Source: Acidobacteriota bacterium (lineage in GTDB: Bacteria; Acidobacteriota; UBA6911; RPQK01; JAJDTT01). From it: a stretch of 64,000 bases of DNA. A program made the translations under genes and the position numbers. The DNA is taken from positions 3,776,001-3,840,000 of the forward strand of contig OZ253580.1 of the NCBI GenBank assembly GCA_965263035.1, in the 5' to 3' direction. Below the pieces are notes generated by a model that worked only from the letters and a program-made list of their open reading frames with translations, was not told where the DNA came from and made no database searches. Of the stretch, positions 1-8,956 are shown one piece after another; position 1 is the first letter of the stretch; each line of letters starts with the position of its first letter.

Positions 1-649
1 TGCGAAGGGTCGTGGGACGAGTTCCGCCCGGCATCTGGAGCCTGGGTTCCACTTCCTGGAGCGTAGTCGTGTCGAAGCGCAGGATCTCGTCGGTCCCGGA
101 CGAGGCCACGATGCCCATGCCCCCGTCTCCCGAGAAAACCATGTTGTTGGCGACGGAGAAGAAAGCCTCCATGGCCAGGATCTGGACCTCCAAGGTGTCC
201 ACGTCGATGGCCGCGATCGCTCCCTGAACCGGCTGCGTCTCTGCCTGGGAGGCGTCGGCCCTGAAGGCGTCGGCCCTGCCATTCTCGTTGATGAACGCGC
301 ACAAGACCGCGACCCGGTTCCCGCCGGGCATGAGGGCGATGTGGCCCGGGCTCTCGGGAACGTCCACGATGCCCAGAATCTCGCCGGTCTTGGGATTGAA
401 GGCCAGGACCTTGTCCGAGAAGGTGTAGCTGACGAAGGCCTTGCTCGAGTCGGGAGTGAAAACCACATTGGGAGAGAAATTGAGATCGCGCTGGTTGGGC
501 CCGAGTATGAGGGGCACCTCGTTGGGATCCATATGCAGCTCGTCCTCGGGCTGGCTGGGATCCAACGTCATGAATACGCGCTGGCCCCGGAGTGCCGATC
601 CCCCCAGGCTCAGGAAGACGAACAGAAGAATCACAAGCTGGCGGCGCAT
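1..649 (-). CDS. Secreted YVTN/YncE-like beta-propeller protein, 3' end outside window
   Basis: Manual translation from ATG at 649: MRRQLVILLFVFLSLGGSALRGQ signal peptide, then propeller-like repeats (VVFTPDSSKAFVS, IALMPGGNRVAV, MVFSGDGGMGIVA). Open to window edge, so absent from the ORF track. Confidence 0.7.
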   Translation of the reverse strand, partial: MRRQLVILLFVFLSLGGSALRGQRVFMTLDPSQPEDELHMDPNEVPLILGPNQRDLNFSPNVVFTPDSSKAFVSYTFSDKVLAFNPKTGEILGIVDVPESPGHIALMPGGNRVAVLCAFINENGRADAFRADASQAETQPVQGAIAAIDVDTLEVQILAMEAFFSVANNMVFSGDGGMGIVASSGTDEILRFDTTTLQEVEPRLQMPGGTRPTTLR

Positions 650-705
650 CACTGGACCATCATGATATTCTGGCCGGAACCGGCCGTTCAATCCATAGAC
701 CCGAC

Positions 706-1092
706 TCAAGTCGAGCGATCTCCCGGCCGGGGGTGGAGCACTCGGAATTCCAGACTTCGAACCAGGGACCGGTTCCAGAACCCGTTGACCTTCGATATCA
801 GAGCGGGAGTCATTCCCCGGAGCACCCCCTCCCATTCGGAGCCGGGTACGCCGACCTCCAGGACGCGGCCGCGGAGACGCAGAGGATCGGTCGCTGCGGC
901 CAATCGTGCCCCAACGATCCGAGGCCAGAACTCACGCAAGAAGATCACGGCCACCTTCTCGTCCCGGACGATATCCTGCAGCCAGGGCAGAAAGAGAGAT
1001 CCGACCGTTCTCATCGGCGCCGGCCGCGTGCCCCCAGTCGGAAGCGGCGCCTCCTGGCTCGGGACTCGATTTCCCTGATCCGGTTGTCTCAT
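706..1092 (-). CDS. DUF721/DciA-family protein
   Basis: WPRIVG...TDPLRLRGRVLEVGVPGSEW...L pattern; extended -10 TGCTAGACT just upstream. Confidence 0.65.
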   Translation of the reverse strand: MRQPDQGNRVPSQEAPLPTGGTRPAPMRTVGSLFLPWLQDIVRDEKVAVIFLREFWPRIVGARLAAATDPLRLRGRVLEVGVPGSEWEGVLRGMTPALISKVNGFWNRSLVRSLEFRVLHPRPGDRST

Positions 1093-1244
1093 GACCGCAT
1101 CAGTCTAGCAAAATGAACTCGCGCCATGCCCTGAATCTTTGCGGATCAACACCAGGCAGGGCCCGCCGCCGTCCCGCTCCTGGGCTGACCCTGTTCTGTC
1201 CCCGGCACCGGCTTCAAATGGGAGGGAGCTTCCGGATCCTCGAC

Positions 1245-1274
1245 TTGACATTGGGCGGAAGCCTCCCTTACATA
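1245..1274 (+). promoter_or_regulatory. Putative sigma70 promoter of HNH gene
   Basis: Perfect TTGACA at 1245-1250; weak -10 (TTACAT/TACATA) 17-18 nt downstream. Confidence 0.4.
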
Positions 1275-1296
1275 TCGACCCGCGCCCCGTTGACAA

Positions 1297-1824
1297 GTGG
1301 AACACACTCTGGTTCTCAACGCTACCTACGAGCCTCTTCAGATCATCGGTTGGAAACGCGCCGTCCGCATGGTCTTCCAGGAGAAGGTCGAGGTGGTGGC
1401 CGAATATGATCGCGAGATCCGGAGTGTCTCGAACCGGATCCGGCTGCCCTCGGTCCTGCGTCTTCTTCACTACGTCAAGCTCCGGCACGGGTGTCAACGG
1501 ATCAGATTCAGCCGCGAAAATCTGTACGCTCGCGACAACTATCGTTGCCAGTATTGCGGCTCGAAGGCGCCTCTGAACCAGCTCACCTACGATCACGTGA
1601 TCCCCGTGGCCAAAGGGGGGATAAAGAGCTGGGAAAATATCGTCACCTGCTGTATCGAGTGCAACCGGAAGAAGGGGAATCGCTCTCCCGCCCAGGCCAA
1701 CCTGCGCCTGCTGAGAATCCCCAAGGCTCCCTCGGGTTTCCCCTACCGCGTCCGTCTCCTTTTCCGCCAGCCGGCCGTTCCCGAGAGTTGGAAGGATTAC
1801 ATCTTCTGGCCCGGGGGAACCTGA
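1297..1824 (+). CDS. HNH endonuclease (McrA-like/HNH_5)
   Basis: TLVLNATYEPL N-terminus; RDNYRCQYCG, DHVIP-GG-WENIVTCC-CN-KK motifs. Confidence 0.9.
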   Translation: MEHTLVLNATYEPLQIIGWKRAVRMVFQEKVEVVAEYDREIRSVSNRIRLPSVLRLLHYVKLRHGCQRIRFSRENLYARDNYRCQYCGSKAPLNQLTYDHVIPVAKGGIKSWENIVTCCIECNRKKGNRSPAQANLRLLRIPKAPSGFPYRVRLLFRQPAVPESWKDYIFWPGGT

Positions 1825-2519
1825 TGGACGGGTCTCTCGTGATCTTTTCCCGGTTTCCCCGATTGGGCCGGGTGAAGACCAGGCTGGAGCCGGTGCTGGG
1901 TCAGCGGGGCTGCCTGGAGCTCCACCGGGCGCTGCTTCTGGACACCATCGAGCGGACGCGTTTCCTGTGCCGCCGGCACTATCTGTATCTGAGCGACTCG
2001 ACCGCCCGGGAACGGGCCCGGTTCGCCGAAGCCTGCCGCCTGCCCGCGGATCTGATCATCCGCAGACAGACCGGAACCGACCTGGGGGAGAAATTGTGGG
2101 AGGCCTACCGGCAGGTCGTTGCGGAATCGAAGGAGACCTCCGTGGTCTTCCTGGGTGCAGACTCCCCTACGGTGCCGCGGAAATACATCCGCCAGGGCCT
2201 GGCTCAACTCGCGAGACGGCCCGTAGTCGTGGGACCGGCCGAGGACGGAGGGTACTATCTCATCGGTCTTTCCCAACCGAAACCGGAACTCTTCTCGAAT
2301 CTGGATTGGGGGACCGATAAGGTCCTGGAACAGACGCTTCAGAGGTTGCGCCTGGAACAATATACGTTGCTGCCCACCTGGTTTGACGTCGACGACGGCG
2401 ACGATCTGGCTCGGCTCCGCACGGAGGTCGAGGCAGAGCGTGCGAACGTCTTCCGGCACACGCGCCTTTGCCTGCGCCGGTTGGTTCACGATCCAGTTTT
2501 CCATCCGGTCTTCCAGTGA
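1824..2519 (+). CDS. TIGR04282/DUF2064-family glycosyltransferase-like protein
   Basis: FSRFPRLGRVKTRL, QTGTDLGEKL, GADSP, GPAEDGGYYLIG, WFDVDDGDDL motifs; ATG overlaps HNH stop (TGATG). Confidence 0.85.
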   Translation: MDGSLVIFSRFPRLGRVKTRLEPVLGQRGCLELHRALLLDTIERTRFLCRRHYLYLSDSTARERARFAEACRLPADLIIRRQTGTDLGEKLWEAYRQVVAESKETSVVFLGADSPTVPRKYIRQGLAQLARRPVVVGPAEDGGYYLIGLSQPKPELFSNLDWGTDKVLEQTLQRLRLEQYTLLPTWFDVDDGDDLARLRTEVEAERANVFRHTRLCLRRLVHDPVFHPVFQ

Positions 2520-2650
2520 CCCTTTCGACGGCGATTCACGTCTCAACAAGGTACGGTCGGATCGGGGTCGGTTGACCCGAAGCGGCCACCTTGACTAACA
2601 TTGCACCAGTTGTGCGTCCAAGGAGCGGGTGAAGGGGCTTTGAACCGGCG

Positions 2651-3490
2651 GTGAAGGATTTTCTGGAACGGCTGTTGGGTCTGAAGGTCCCCGAGGCCCA
2701 AATGGAGGGACCGCGGGACCCATATAACATCTATGAGTGGGATCTCGACGACCGGAGGCCGTTGGTCGTCGCCGCCATCCTGGCCATCCTCTTTCACGCC
2801 GTTCTCCTGCTGATGGTCTTCCCCTCGTTCGGCAGGACGGTCCTGATTCCGACCCAGCAGGTCCTGGTGCTCAAGAATCTGGCGAAGCCGGCGGCCCTGA
2901 CCGGGGGCGGCGACCTGCCCAAGGCGGCTCCGCCCAAGCCCAAGCCGGTGCGGCCGAAACCCAAGCCGGTTCTGGTTCCCATCCCGGATCCAACTCCCCG
3001 AGACCCCGAACCCATCCGCAAGGAGGAACTGGAAGATGTCCCCCAGGTCCTCAAGCAGATCGTCGCGGAATTGAACCTGGACGACATCCAGGCTCCGCCG
3101 GGTCGTCCGGGCCGGGGCGGTCAGGGTGAGAGCCGGGGCGTGGGAACGGGAACCGGACCGCTTGCCGGCTCGGGACCCGCGGCCGGAGACGGCAGCGGCA
3201 TCTATCGATATGGGAGCGGAGTCACCAACCCCGTCCCCATCGTTCAAACGACTCCCAGTTACACCGACGCCGCCATCAAAGCCAAGGTCCAGGGCGTGGT
3301 CTGGCTTCAGGCCATCATCCGGAAGGACGGCAACGTCGACAGCTTCAAGGTCATTCGGGGATTGGGCCACGGATTGGAAGAGCAGGCCATCCAGGAGATC
3401 GCCACCAACTGGCGCTTTCGACCCGGAATGCTCAACGGGAGTCCAGTGGACGTCCTGGCGACCATCGAAGTCCAGTTCAACCTGAGGTAG
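2651..3490 (+). CDS. tonB: Energy transducer TonB
   Basis: N-terminal TM with conserved His, Pro/Lys-rich linker, C-terminal PSYTDAA-KVQGVV-WRFRPG domain. Confidence 0.85.
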   Translation: MKDFLERLLGLKVPEAQMEGPRDPYNIYEWDLDDRRPLVVAAILAILFHAVLLLMVFPSFGRTVLIPTQQVLVLKNLAKPAALTGGGDLPKAAPPKPKPVRPKPKPVLVPIPDPTPRDPEPIRKEELEDVPQVLKQIVAELNLDDIQAPPGRPGRGGQGESRGVGTGTGPLAGSGPAAGDGSGIYRYGSGVTNPVPIVQTTPSYTDAAIKAKVQGVVWLQAIIRKDGNVDSFKVIRGLGHGLEEQAIQEIATNWRFRPGMLNGSPVDVLATIEVQFNLR

Positions 3491-3525
3491 ACGACGACTC
3501 CGGCGTCGTACATTACGTGAACAAC

Positions 3526-3549
3526 GGCAACCACAAGGGTTGCCCCTAC
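3526..3549 (-). repeat. GTAG-type REP-like palindrome
   Basis: Minus strand reads GTAGGGGCAACCCTTGTGGTTGCC: GTAG foot plus GGCAACC/GGTTGCC stem; one copy in window. Confidence 0.55.
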
Positions 3550-3564
3550 GCTACCGCATCCCGC

Positions 3565-3570
3565 TATAAT
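3565..3570 (+). promoter_or_regulatory. -10 box (TATAAT) of ileS operon
   Basis: Consensus TATAAT 10 nt before the GTG start; no SD. Confidence 0.55.
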
Positions 3571-3580
3571 TCCGGCTCTT

Positions 3581-6364
3581 GTGGATGAAGAACTCGACCT
3601 GAAAGGAACCATCAACCTTCCCAGAACCCGATTCCGGATGAAGGCGAATCTGCCCGTTCTGGAGCCGCGGATTCTTAAATCTTGGGAGGAGTCGGGGATT
3701 TACGGGAAGATCCGCGAGTCGCGGAAGGGCCGGCCTCTCTTCATCCTTCACGACGGTCCCCCCTACGCCAACGGGCATCTCCACGTGGGACACGCCCTGA
3801 ACAAGATCCTCAAGGATCTCATTGTCCGTTCCAAGACCATGGAGGGTTACGATTGTCCTTTCGTGCCGGGGTGGGACTGCCATGGGCTGCCCATCGAGAT
3901 CCAGGTCATGGACCGAAAGCGGACCGACCTGGACCCGTTGGAAGTGCGCCGGCGATGCCGCCGGCACGCCGGCAAGTTCGTGCGCATCCAGGGGGATGAG
4001 TTCCGCCGCTTGGGTGTCACGGGAGACTGGAACGCGCCCTACCTGACCATGAGCCATTCCTATGAAGCCGAGACGGCTCGGCTACTGGGTGATTTCGTCC
4101 GCCGGGGAAGCGTCTACAAGGGTCTGAAACCGGTTCATTGGTGCATTCACTGTGAGACGGCTTTGGCCGAGGCCGAAGTGGAGTATTCAGAACATGTAAG
4201 CCCCTCGGTCTACGTCCGGTTTCCCGTGACGGGAGGACTTCATGGGCTGGACGTCGGCGCCCGCCCCATCTCGGTTCTGATCTGGACCACGACCCCTTGG
4301 ACCCTCCCCGCCAACATGGGTCTCTGCTTTCATCCCGACTTCCAATACGCGTTGTTGGAGACCCGGGACGAGGTTTTCATCCTGGCTGCCGATCTGGTTC
4401 CCCGCGTGTCCAAAGAGTGTGATTTGGGTGATTACCGGATTCTGGGACGGCTCCGGGGAGCCGCCCTCGAGGGTCTCGAGTGCCGCCACCCATGGATTCC
4501 GCGCCGGTCTGCGGTCGTCTTCGGAAATCACGTCACCATGGAACAGGGCACCGGAGTGGTCCATACCGCTCCCGGACACGGAGAAGAGGACTACCGTCTC
4601 GGGGTCGACAACGGTCTTGAGGTCTATTGTCCGGTGGACGGATCGGGCCGGTTCCTGCCGGAGGTGGATCACTTCGGGGGCATGCCTGTGTTCAAGGCCA
4701 ACCCTTCCATCAACGGCTTCATGGCCCGGGAAGGCCATCTGGTCTGGGAAGGGCCGTTCGAGCACAGTTATCCTCATTGCTGGCGCTGTCACAACCCGGT
4801 CATTTTTCGCGCCACGGCCCAGTGGTTCATCAGCATGGACCGGGAAGATCTGCGCGGCCGTGCCCTGCGCGAGATATCCAGGGTGAAGTGGCTTCCCTCC
4901 TGGGGCCGGGAGCGGATCCACAACATGATCTCCAGCCGGCCGGACTGGTGCATCAGCCGGCAGAGAACCTGGGGCGTTCCAATCGTCGCCTTCTACTGCA
5001 AAATATGCGGAAAGATCCTGCTGGAGAGCGATATTATCGAACATGTGTCACGGGTCTTCGAGCGGGAGGGAGCCGACGCCTGGTACCGGAGGCCTGCGTC
5101 AGAGCTTCTCCCGGAAAGCACCCGTTGCGCCTGTGGAAGCGAAGAATTCGAAAAAGACAAAGACATACTGGATGTTTGGTTCGACTCGGGGGTCAGCCAT
5201 CACGTGCTGCGGAATACGCCCGGACTCGACTGGCCCGCGGATCTCTACCTGGAGGGTGGAGACCAGTTCCGGGGCTGGTTTCACAGCTCCTTGCTGGTCG
5301 GGGTCGGCGTCAGCGACGGAGCTCCCTACAGGTCGGTTCTGTGCCATGGATGGACGCTGGATCCCGAAGGGAAAGCCATGTCCAAATCCAGAGGCAACGT
5401 CATTTCTCCCCAGGACATCACCAAGCGGGACGGCGCCGAGATCTTGCGTCTCTGGGTCTCATCCATCGACTACACCGAAGACGTCCGCCTGGGGGAAGAG
5501 ATCCTGTCCCGTCTCCGGGACGCCTACCGCAAGCTGAGAAATACGAGCCGCTTCCTCTTGGGCAACCTTCACGACTTCTCTCCGGAACTGGCGGTCCCGG
5601 ACGGGGAGCTGCTGGAGTTGGATCGTTGGGCTCTGGCCCACACCGCCGCCACGGTACGGCGCGTGGAGAAGGCGTACCGGGATTTCGAGTTTCACACCGT
5701 CTACCACTCCCTCTACCATTTCTGTGTCGTGGGGCTTTCCAGCTTTTATCTCGACGTTCTGAAGGATCGCCTCTACGTCTCGGCGGCCGATTCCAGAGAA
5801 CGCAGGTCGGCCCAGACGGCCCTGTTCCGGATCGCGGACGCATTGGTGCGGCTGTTGGCTCCGATCCTGCCCTTTACCACGACCCAGATCTGGGAAGAAC
5901 TTCACGGTCAGAATCCTCCGGCCGAGTCGGTCCACATGGCCGAGTTCTCCCGGGAACTGGACCGGTATGCGAACCCCGAGCTTCTGGAGCGATGGGAGCC
6001 GCTCCTGCAGATCCGCCACCAGGTCAGTAAAGCACTTGAGGAATGCCGGCAGGAGAAGCTCATCGGGAACTCGTTGGAGGCGACGGTCAGGATCGAGGCC
6101 GGCGCGGAGACTTACAGGTACCTCAGCCGGTATTCGAAGGATCTGGCCTCCGTCTTCATCGTCTCCGAGGTCGAACTCGGACTGAGAGAGGAAATGGAGA
6201 CGGATGAGACGAAGCTCAGCGTGACCAGAACCCAGGCGGAGAAATGCGCCCGGTGCTGGAACCATAGACGCTCGGTGGGGACCCATCCCGATCTCCCGCA
6301 CGTCTGCTCCCGCTGCCGCTCGGTGTTGGAACAGATCGGTGCCCTCAGTAGAAGTCCGGGATGA
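3581..6364 (+). CDS. ileS: Isoleucine--tRNA ligase (type 1)
   Basis: HDGPPYANG-HVGH, WTTTPWTLP, WCISRQR, AMSKS, C-terminal CARCW...CSRC zinc finger. Confidence 0.98.
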   Translation: MDEELDLKGTINLPRTRFRMKANLPVLEPRILKSWEESGIYGKIRESRKGRPLFILHDGPPYANGHLHVGHALNKILKDLIVRSKTMEGYDCPFVPGWDCHGLPIEIQVMDRKRTDLDPLEVRRRCRRHAGKFVRIQGDEFRRLGVTGDWNAPYLTMSHSYEAETARLLGDFVRRGSVYKGLKPVHWCIHCETALAEAEVEYSEHVSPSVYVRFPVTGGLHGLDVGARPISVLIWTTTPWTLPANMGLCFHPDFQYALLETRDEVFILAADLVPRVSKECDLGDYRILGRLRGAALEGLECRHPWIPRRSAVVFGNHVTMEQGTGVVHTAPGHGEEDYRLGVDNGLEVYCPVDGSGRFLPEVDHFGGMPVFKANPSINGFMAREGHLVWEGPFEHSYPHCWRCHNPVIFRATAQWFISMDREDLRGRALREISRVKWLPSWGRERIHNMISSRPDWCISRQRTWGVPIVAFYCKICGKILLESDIIEHVSRVFEREGADAWYRRPASELLPESTRCACGSEEFEKDKDILDVWFDSGVSHHVLRNTPGLDWPADLYLEGGDQFRGWFHSSLLVGVGVSDGAPYRSVLCHGWTLDPEGKAMSKSRGNVISPQDITKRDGAEILRLWVSSIDYTEDVRLGEEILSRLRDAYRKLRNTSRFLLGNLHDFSPELAVPDGELLELDRWALAHTAATVRRVEKAYRDFEFHTVYHSLYHFCVVGLSSFYLDVLKDRLYVSAADSRERRSAQTALFRIADALVRLLAPILPFTTTQIWEELHGQNPPAESVHMAEFSRELDRYANPELLERWEPLLQIRHQVSKALEECRQEKLIGNSLEATVRIEAGAETYRYLSRYSKDLASVFIVSEVELGLREEMETDETKLSVTRTQAEKCARCWNHRRSVGTHPDLPHVCSRCRSVLEQIGALSRSPG

Positions 6365-6410
6365 TGGGAGACGATTTCTTTCGGAAGCGATTCTTGCGGT
6401 GGAGAAGACG

Positions 6411-7841
6411 ATGAGACTTCTGGCGATCGGAGTGGCGGCAGTGGTACTGACGCTCGATCTCCTCACCAAGTGGTGGGTCAAGAACACCGTCTGGATGCAC
6501 TACCACAAGGTCATCGACGGATTCTTCACGATCCACTTCGTCCGCAACGAGGGCATTGCCTTCGGCCTGTTCCATGCCAATCCATCGGCCTGGAAACCGC
6601 TGATCCTTTCTTTCCTGGCCGTGGCAGCGGCGATCATGGTGCTGTATTACATCTGGACCAGTCCTCCCGAGGAAAGAGGCGTCCAATTGTTTCTGGGGCT
6701 TCTGTTGGGAGGGATCCTGGGGAATTTCTGCGACCGGCTGTTGCGTGGTTATGTCGTCGATTTTCTCGAGTTTCATTGGCATGACCGTTTCGCTTGGCCG
6801 ACCTTCAATCTGGCCGATGCCGCAATCACCTGCGGAGTCGCGGCGATTCTCTACCAGGGCTTTCTTGGAACGGGTAACGGGGACCGGGCCGCGAACCGTC
6901 CCGGCCGGAGAAACTCCGGCTCCTTGGGTGCGATTCTGCTGGCGGGTATGCTCTCGGCGCCCCTGCTGGGGGGATCGTCCTCGCCCGGGGCGCAAGAAAT
7001 CGTGGACCGCGTCCAGGAGCGGTACGAGCGGGTCGAAAGCTTCTCCGCCGATTTTCGGCAGGTTTTCCAGTCGCAGGGGGTCTATTTCGAGAGCGACTGG
7101 GGAGAGGGGATCCTGCTGATGAAACGCCCGGGAAGGATGTACTGGGAATACCAGCGTCCCACCAGGAAGCTGTTCGTGGCCGACGGCAATCAGACCTTCT
7201 TCTACGTTCCGAGTGAGAATCAGGTGACGATCTCCGATCTGGATCCGGAGACCGCGGATACGCCGCTGCTTTTTCTGCTGGGACCCAAACGGATCCGGGA
7301 CGACTTCCTGGTGCAATTCGAGACCGGGGAGGGGCCCTTGGACGAATCCAACCTGCTCCTGCGCCTGACGCCCATTCAGGCCCGGCCTGATTTCAGCTAT
7401 CTGTTGTTGGAGCTGTCCCCCAAGACTTTTCTCATCCACAGACTGTCCGTAGTCGAGCCCATCGGGAACCGGAACGACTACATCTTCAGCCGTTTCCGGG
7501 AGAACGTGAAGATTCGAGACAAACAGTTCCGCCTGGAGTTGCCGGACGGAGTGGAGATCATCCGAATCGGATCCGGCGCCGGTCTCAGGCCGGAGGAAGA
7601 TCCCGGCCGGTCTCCCCATCGAAGTCGGCTCGACACCGGGGTGGAGACGACTGGTACGTCAACAGCCCGTGGCGAAAGTCGTCGCGGCATTCGACCGTCC
7701 CTGCATCCCGGCGGACTGCGTTGCGACTCGGTCACATACTCCCGGTATGCTCCCTCATCGCGCCTGGTCCGGCGGGCGCAGGAACGGTCTCGGTGCTCGC
7801 GAGACTTTCACCACGGACTGTTAAGGAGAGTGTCGAGTTGA
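6411..7841 (+). CDS. lspA: Signal peptidase II fused to LolA-like lipoprotein carrier domain
   Basis: LspA motifs DLLTK, NEGIAFG, GNFCDR, VVDF, FNLAD; then a hydrophobic segment and LolA fold (SFSADFRQ, KRPGRMYWEY, VADG, TPLLFL, F-LPDGVEII); no stop between the domains. Confidence 0.9.
   Translation: MRLLAIGVAAVVLTLDLLTKWWVKNTVWMHYHKVIDGFFTIHFVRNEGIAFGLFHANPSAWKPLILSFLAVAAAIMVLYYIWTSPPEERGVQLFLGLLLGGILGNFCDRLLRGYVVDFLEFHWHDRFAWPTFNLADAAITCGVAAILYQGFLGTGNGDRAANRPGRRNSGSLGAILLAGMLSAPLLGGSSSPGAQEIVDRVQERYERVESFSADFRQVFQSQGVYFESDWGEGILLMKRPGRMYWEYQRPTRKLFVADGNQTFFYVPSENQVTISDLDPETADTPLLFLLGPKRIRDDFLVQFETGEGPLDESNLLLRLTPIQARPDFSYLLLELSPKTFLIHRLSVVEPIGNRNDYIFSRFRENVKIRDKQFRLELPDGVEIIRIGSGAGLRPEEDPGRSPHRSRLDTGVETTGTSTARGESRRGIRPSLHPGGLRCDSVTYSRYAPSSRLVRRAQERSRCSRDFHHGLLRRVSS
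7661..7822. mobile_element. MITE-like palindromic element, family A copy 1
   Basis: Imperfect terminal inverted repeats AACAGCCCGTGGCGAAAGTC / GACTTTCACCACGGACTGTT, nested internal stems, second copy at 39777-39926. Confidence 0.75.
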
Positions 7842-8842
7842 GCGAGATTCGGGCGAATATAACGGCCGTGGGGATGTACGTTCCGGAGAAGCGCGTCACC
7901 AACCGCGACTTGAGCCGGGTTCTGGACACTTCCGACAGGTGGATTCGAGAGCGAACCGGGATCTCGGAACGCCGAATTGCCGGCAAGGACCAGGCCAATA
8001 GCGATCTCTCGGTTCTGGCCATTCGAAACGCTTTGGAAGGCACGCCGCATCGCCCTGAAGATATCGACCTCATCATCGTCACAACCGTCACTCCGGACAT
8101 GATGTTCCCTTCGACCGCCTGCCGGGTCCAGGAAAAGATCGGGGCCAGGAACGCGTGGGGATTCGATCTGTCCGGGGCTTGCTCCGGATTCCTTTTCGGC
8201 CTCTCGACGGCTGCGCAGTTCATTCGGACGGGAACCCACAAGAAGGTCCTGGTGGTGGGAACCGACGTGATGAGCTCCATCATCGACTTCGAGGACCGGG
8301 CCACCTGCGTTCTCTTCGGAGACGGCGCCGGGGCCGTCCTCCTGGAGCCCACCGAGGAGGAGGAGACGGGCATCCTGGACGTGACCCTGGGGTGCGATGG
8401 GTCAGGAGGGAAGTTCCTGTTCATGCCGGCCGGAGGGAGTCACCGCCCCGCGAGCCACGAAACCGTGGACAAGCGAATGCACTATGTCCATCAGGACGGC
8501 AGGAACGTCTTCAAGTTCGCGGTTCGGGTGATGTGCGAAACTTCGGTCGAATTGCTCCGGCGAAACGGCATTCCTAACGATCAGCTGTCGCTTTTCGTCC
8601 CCCACCAGGCCAACATGCGAATCATCAAGTCGTCCATGACGCGCCTGAAATTGAGAGAGGAACAGGTTGCGGTCAACATCGACCGCTATGCCAACACCAC
8701 GGCGGCGACCATCCCCACCTGTCTGGCCGAAGCTCACCGGCAGGGACGATTGAAGAAGCGGGACAAGATCCTCATGGTCTCCTTCGGAGCGGGATTCACC
8801 TGGGGTGGGATTCTTCTCGGCTGGGGAATGGATCCACCGTAA
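7838..8842 (+). CDS. fabH: 3-oxoacyl-ACP synthase III
   Basis: WIRERTGI, GACSGF (catalytic Cys), LFGDGAGA, PHQAN, YANT, GAGFTWG; SD AAGGAG and TTG start overlapping the upstream stop. Confidence 0.95.
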   Translation: MSEIRANITAVGMYVPEKRVTNRDLSRVLDTSDRWIRERTGISERRIAGKDQANSDLSVLAIRNALEGTPHRPEDIDLIIVTTVTPDMMFPSTACRVQEKIGARNAWGFDLSGACSGFLFGLSTAAQFIRTGTHKKVLVVGTDVMSSIIDFEDRATCVLFGDGAGAVLLEPTEEEETGILDVTLGCDGSGGKFLFMPAGGSHRPASHETVDKRMHYVHQDGRNVFKFAVRVMCETSVELLRRNGIPNDQLSLFVPHQANMRIIKSSMTRLKLREEQVAVNIDRYANTTAATIPTCLAEAHRQGRLKKRDKILMVSFGAGFTWGGILLGWGMDPP

Positions 8843-8956
8843 TCCCCCATCTGTGCCGGGTCCCGGCGTGTCGGACAAACGCCATCCGGTGCCCAGCGGC
8901 TTGCGTCAGGCTTGTCGAAGTCTGCCGGGCTGGTGAGAAAGGCGGGCCGGATGGCG

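Noticed and set aside
250-278. 14-bp direct repeat AGGCGTCGGCCCTG at 15-bp period
   Set aside because: Simple in-frame duplication (RADAF/RADAS) in a loop; two copies only
3491-3580. T-box riboswitch upstream of ileS
   Set aside because: Only 90 nt intergenic, no T-box consensus, and the -10 lies next to the start
7721-7837. N-terminal extension of FabH in the ORF track
   Set aside because: Derived from the palindromic element; SD and homology point to TTG 7838
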